From: Fistulifera solaris
Lineage: Eukaryota
Direction: 5' to 3'
DNA: 64,000 nucleotides
Assembly: GCA_030295235.1 (NCBI GenBank)
Contig: AP026167.1
Span: forward strand, 868,001 to 932,000
This document shows, piece by piece, positions 58,441 to 64,000 of this stretch (its first letter is position 1; each line of letters begins with the position of its first letter). A program made the position numbers and the translations under genes. The notes beneath the pieces were generated by a model. That model was not told the DNA's origin and made no database searches. It saw only the letters and a list, made by a program, of their open reading frames with translations.

Positions 58441-61400
58441 ATGACAACTCTATCCTCCTTAGGATTTACGTTGGTCGGCGCCGGCGGAATGGGAGCTATC
58501 GCGATTACTTTATTCGGTTTTGCCGTCAAAAGGAGATCGCCCTTTGTTGCCCCTCGCGCTACGGCACGCCCCGCTTCTGTTATTTATCGTGGGGAACGTA
58601 ATCCTTGGACGGGATGGATCCCCGAAACAATGAACTGGACGTATCATGAAATGCTGCAGGGAGTTGCGGGAACAGGAACGAGAAAACAAGGAAAGCATGG
58701 ACGATTGTTAAATGTCACGCTCGATGGAATTGTTGTGCTGCGGTTTCACGCCTTGTGTATGCGTGTTGCCTTGTTTGCGACTGTTTTATTTCTATGCATA
58801 TTGCTGCCTCTTTATGCGACGGCAGGGTGCGCGGATGCGCCCCAGTGGAAGGGTTGTGCAGGTACAAACGGCACTTTTACGGATTACGAACGCCTTACCA
58901 TGGCCAACATTCCTTCAGTATTCACGCCCACCTATTCCACAAAAACCACAGGAACACCCGATGTCACCAGTGTCCGTGCTCGGCTATTCACGGTTGTATT
59001 AGTCTTTTGGATGCTGGTCATTTACACTTGTTGGCAATTGCGACAGGAATGGCGAGAAATATTGGCAATGCGCAGAGTTTACTATCTCGAACACGATGTT
59101 TGGGGAGCCAGACAAGAAGAATTGAAGGAAACACTCCTATATAAATCCATAGAACCCATCCATCACAGAAGTAACAAGTCGAGCAGTACGCATTGTGATC
59201 AAGATGAACCGCATTTAATTCATCGTGATCCTTGGATTCCTCATCCTGAACCCCGAGAAACGGTCCCCAATGTGGCTTTGTACAGTTTGTTAGTTGGGTG
59301 TTTGCCTTCTTTGCCGGATCATTCGTCGAAACAACAGGCATTGCATGCCGAACAAGATCAGCAACAGCCATCGTCGTTACTGGATTGGCAACTAGAAATG
59401 GCAGTCACTTTCTTTGACCATTGCATACCCAACAACCCTGGTTTCAGTTCCAGTGTCGCTGCGGTCACTATTATGCCATCGCCACAATTGTTAAGTAAAG
59501 CATGGCGAAAATGGTATACAGCAGCGGGAAAATTGCGACGGTTGCGCTTTATACGCGATGTGATTGCGAAAAGGAGGAAATACGAAATTGCCATGCATGC
59601 ACGGGAAGAGGCAGATATTGAAAGGGGCGACCGGTCAGACGACCGCGGAATAGAACAAGCCAAAGATGCCTTCTACGATCGTGATGAAAAGTGTGACGGA
59701 AATGATGACTTAGGCGTTGATTCAGAGGATACCTTTTCGCCTCCGTTCGATCTTTCTGACAATGATCCAAGTCATCCCAACGCTGGTATTTATCAAGACC
59801 CCACTCGTTATAAAGACTACTACCGCGCAGTATTGGGAATACTTGATGAAAACGACGACATTTACGAATTCTTAAAGTTTGGACCTGAGCAAGCTGCTGT
59901 GTATAGCCGCGAGTTCGCTCAAGCTGCTGCACCGTGCTGTCCACGGGGCTGCTTCGAATCGTACATTCGTGACAGCATGAGTATTGATGAGCTAGTCGAT
60001 TTGGAACAAGAATTGGCTGAGCAGGTGCATGCGGCTAATTTGGAACTGAAACGAGCGCGCCAGAAAGCAGCTGCTCTGCAAGTACCTGAGAATTCACCGA
60101 GTCAGCAAGCTGCCTTGATCGAATCGAGTTCAGTTTCTTTACCAAGGTTGAATTTGGAAGGCAGTCGACACCCCCAAAACACAATTTCTCGCAAATCTGA
60201 ACGTCGCTCTAAGCCTACTTGGGACTATTTTGTTTCGCGTGACAATACTCTGGAAGCAAAGTTATATCAGAAACGAATAGAGAAGTCTCAATCTGAGATT
60301 ACCCCCAATACTAAAAGCGGCGCAGCGTTGCGAATCGAAACCTTACCCAGTGTCGAAAGTGCGGAGTATCAAGAACAGCAAGAAGAATCATCCTCGGAAT
60401 GGGATCAAGTTGTTGCATTGTTACAGGAACAGCAACAGTCCGTTCGCAGCAGTAGCGGATCCATGAGACTTCCCGACGGTCGCTGGCAGTGGCCATCCTG
60501 GAAAACGTTATGGGGAGCAACCCGAAAAACTCCAGCAAAAGCATGGCGCACTAACAAAGCGGTAGTCGAAAGCTTGTCACGAGACTCGACGTATGCAGTC
60601 GTAACGTTTACCTCGCGGCAAGCAGCCATTGCGGCTCGCCATTGTCTAACCGATGGTCGCGCTGCAAACCGATGGCTGACTTTGGAAGAACTGCCGATCC
60701 CTCCACTCGCCGACGCTCCTTCTTGCAATATCATGGCATGTAGAAACTGCTGTCGTCCGCTGGCTCTGGGTGCGAATGAAAGGCAGAAGAATATTCGATT
60801 CATGATCGCCTTGGCAATGTTGGCTGTTATCTACACATTATACACAATTCCTTTGACGGCTGCTTCAGAGTTCTTTTCACCTTCCCAACTGAATACGCTG
60901 TTTCCTGAACTTAAGGATTTGTCCGATCAGTATGGATGGCATTTGTCTGGGTTATTATCGGGTCTAATCAGTGCCATCGTTTATACCACCTTCTTTGCTT
61001 TATGTCCCGTTCTTTTTAAAGCCATTGCTAATTTTGGGAGTAAGGCTACCAGTGTTGCGGGTGCAGAATTTCGTGCACTTCAGTACTATTGGTGGTTCAT
61101 GGTTTTGACCGCTTTTTCCGGACAAATTCTGGCAAAAATGACGCTCAGTGCATTTAATGAAGGCTTGAGTGTTGGAAGCGATCTTCAAAGTATTGTCCGA
61201 GATATTTCGCAAACGATTCCTTCCAAAGTTGCTCCTATGTGGCTGAATTGGATTTTTGTTCCGAATGCTGGCCGTGTTACCGTTTCAATACTTACTCCAA
61301 GTGAATACATTTCTGTTTTCCTTTTTCCGAATGCACTGCTGTGCACGAATGGTGATGGGAGGCGGTCCTGGTTGCACCATGCCCTATCGTATTTATGTCG

Positions 61401-62243
61401 ACAGCGGTGTGGTTTTTATGTGCATTTACGCGTTGGGACCCGCAGTGCCCCTTGTTGCCCCCGCAGCCTTCGCCTACTTTTTTTGTCTGCCAGCCACTAT
61501 TGCGGAGGAATTTAATCTTTGTGTATCGACCCAAGTACGATGGAGGTGGACTTCGTTGGCCATTCTTGTTCGACATGACCATCTCTTCGATGATGTTAGG
61601 TAGCATTTTGCTTGCCGGACAGATGGGATTAAAGGAAGGCCTGGTTCCTGCTGGATTAGCAGCTAGTACTATGTTCCCAATCTTGTTGTTCCAGCGTGAC
61701 ATGCAGAAATGTTATCATCGAGCCTTTCAAGATGCTGCGCTGTTGCAAACAAGTTTGTTAGATGGCTGGAATGCAACTCAGACGTCTAGTATGATTGACC
61801 GTGAAGAGTTTCGCCGGTTCTTAGTGGATGCGCACAAAGCTGCTTACGTGCCCGTTTGTTTGGCAGCTACCGATACGGATGATTTCCTCACAGCTGAACC
61901 AGCTTTAGTGGTTCCATTGGAGACGGACTCTGATGCTTCTTTGCCTAAAGCTACGGCATCAGCTTCGTCACCATCGGAGAACAGCATCTTATTTTCACCC
62001 GACTCTGCCAGCGTAGAGATGCGAGAGTTTCGATCGAATTCCTTGCAACGTCGATCCTCACAACAATTCGGAGCAACGCTCAGACGCATGCCTCTCATGG
62101 CTTCAACACAGCAATCGAGATTTGCCGAGAACACACCCCGTTTTTCGTCCTCGTCTCAATTAAGCAATAGACCCAGGATGTCTTCGTTCAGTTTGCCGAA
62201 ACCAGCCGAATCATCCTTCAAGAAACCACTGAAGAGCGTGTAA
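58441..62243 (+). CDS. CSC1/OSCA/TMEM63-family cation channel (frameshifts near 61260 and 61480)
   Basis: LDGIVVLRF, LTMANI, YAVVTFTSR, multiple TMs, PLVAPAAF, NLIFVYRPKYDGGGLRWP. Confidence 0.9.
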
Positions 62244-63880
62244 GACGTTATTGGCTCACCCTGGTTATGGGCTTCCCATAGGCTGACTAATCGAATTTAA
62301 GCGATGGATGATTGAGTAGTCGTTCAAAGTTAAAGTCTAATTCTATTTTAGGTGTGATATAGGAACTTTCCGATGCGATTTGTCGGTCCCTTAATATCAG
62401 CAATCCAGCTGACACAATGCTTCTAGAAGCATGCTCTGAAAAGAGACGTCACAACAATTTCACATCTGTTTACTAACTCTTGACTCATTCACTATAAAGT
62501 GCTCATGTCTCTATCGTAAGACTTGATAGATGCAGTTGGTTTACGGAACCACAGAGTCCTCCACCATTCTATCGATTATGGTTTACAAAGCTTGAACGAC
62601 ATGATGATAGGATCAAGGCAAAGCAAACAGAGCATACGAGGCAAGTTTTTAGATGCTGCCAAACAGCTTCACAGAGGGTTAAGCTGACGAAAGTAGACTT
62701 TAGCTTCTCAAAAGAACTAGATGTCTATAAACTGATCGCTAATTGCGACGCGTGAATGGAGGCACGACGATCGCTGGAAATGTCGCCGACGAGCTGCCAG
62801 GTGCAATACCACGGTAGACAGGAAATAATCGGTACATAGCGTCTTTGAAAGATAAGTTGTCCTTTAAAGTTAGTCGGCTACCTAGCCCACGAGCCACGAG
62901 ATACGAGATGCACAAGACTATTTCAAGAAGTCGCTCGTTTCTTGGCCTTGCTTTAGTTTTTAGTTCTCGGAGGAAGAAGGAGTTGTTCACTTTCCAATTT
63001 TTGTGAGAAGCCATGTGTTTTTACGATTAAAACTACTACAGTAACTTGCTCTTGGTTCTTTTTAAAAAGTAGACTAAACACCTTACGATTTAGAAGATGA
63101 CACAGAACTGGCAACTGGAAGAAGAGATACCACAGGACACAGGACTGTTCCGCTACTCAAGGGTTTGATAAGTCAATTCACCCGGTAATTGTACTATAGA
63201 AGCGAAAGTATCTCTTTCTATTTTATTTTTGGAGATTATTATTCTTTTAGGTCATTATGGAACACGGTGAGCGGTGAGCGGTACGTAGACTGTGGACAAC
63301 CAGAAATCCTACTGCAACATTCAAATTCTAAATTTCGGTGTCTTCCTCTATGTTCACGGGAGCGCATCTCTGCTTGGTACATTTCTCTACTAGGAGATAC
63401 GTGAAAGTATACAATTTCCCGCACCGTACTACAATCTTTTTGAATCTGTCAATAATAAACGATGCCCTTCGCTATTCTTTGTAATCCGAACTATGATGTC
63501 GAATGTAGAGCCTCCACAAACGGGTTCCGATTCGGTACGGTCGTGATTGAAAAATTTGAAAAGACAAAGTGTATAGGTGCGTAATGTATTCGCCTGACCC
63601 CTGTGACATTTGCGATAAGGCGGCGAAAGCCGAAATCTTTTCTGTTGTCACGAAAGGTTTGCTTACCAAATCACGAACTCACGTTTTTAGTTACTCTCTA
63701 CAACAAGAACCGTGATTCGAATTAGACAGAGAGAGAATAAATAGTAATGATAGAACATTGGTACCGTACTTTCATCGGCCTGTGCCAAGATCCGCGAAAA
63801 GAAAAAGTCAAAAGCGGCCACAAGTTGATGAGCCCCTCACTCATCTCTTCTCACAATTTTCTTTTGAAGCACAAGAGATC

Positions 63881-63937
63881 ATGAAGGTCTATCATCTTTT
63901 AACGTTTGTGGCAGCGTTTTCCTATGGAGTGAATGCT
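63881..63937 (+). CDS. First exon (signal peptide) of a secreted protein running off the window
   Basis: MKVYHLLTFVAAFSYGVNA followed directly by a GTAAGT donor. Confidence 0.6.
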
Positions 63938-64000
63938 GTAAGTGTTTCGTTGTTGAGTTGCGTCAGCAAAGCTCTGATTTTGCTCGTCCTCACAAAATGC

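Noticed and set aside
62739..63014. 91-aa ATG ORF
   Set aside because: No motif or splice support; cannot be distinguished from chance

Overview
This is eukaryotic nuclear DNA from a diatom: gene-dense, with short GT-AG introns, bipartite plastid-targeting peptides and diatom-type gene families. One family resembles an expanded family I associate with Fistulifera, but that assignment is inference. Housekeeping genes include RPL13, eIF3g, a VTI1 SNARE, a SpoU methyltransferase, GCN1, a bZIP factor, a TPR protein, a cytochrome b5-like protein and a CSC1/OSCA channel. There are also two tandem GT49-type glycosyltransferases (one fused to a second GT-like domain), a signal-peptide-bearing 20S proteasome alpha-like protein, 2H phosphoesterase and EEP genes, and a group of secreted proteins. 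The secreted group comprises a frameshift-hidden His/Lys-rich protein with an RXL site, a Cys-repeat protein and a CE4 deacetylase. Mobile DNA consists of a full-length 3,893-bp PIF/Harbinger element (41-bp TIRs, TAA TSD), a 5'-truncated Ty1/copia fragment with an adjacent 230-bp-period duplication, and a 34-bp tandem repeat family at two loci in opposite orientations (possibly foldback-like). Intergenic DNA shows a recurrent 21-bp palindrome and many 7-bp-period micro-duplications. Many genes carry single-base frameshifts at homopolymers, most likely assembly errors. No rRNA, tRNA or CRISPR array was seen.
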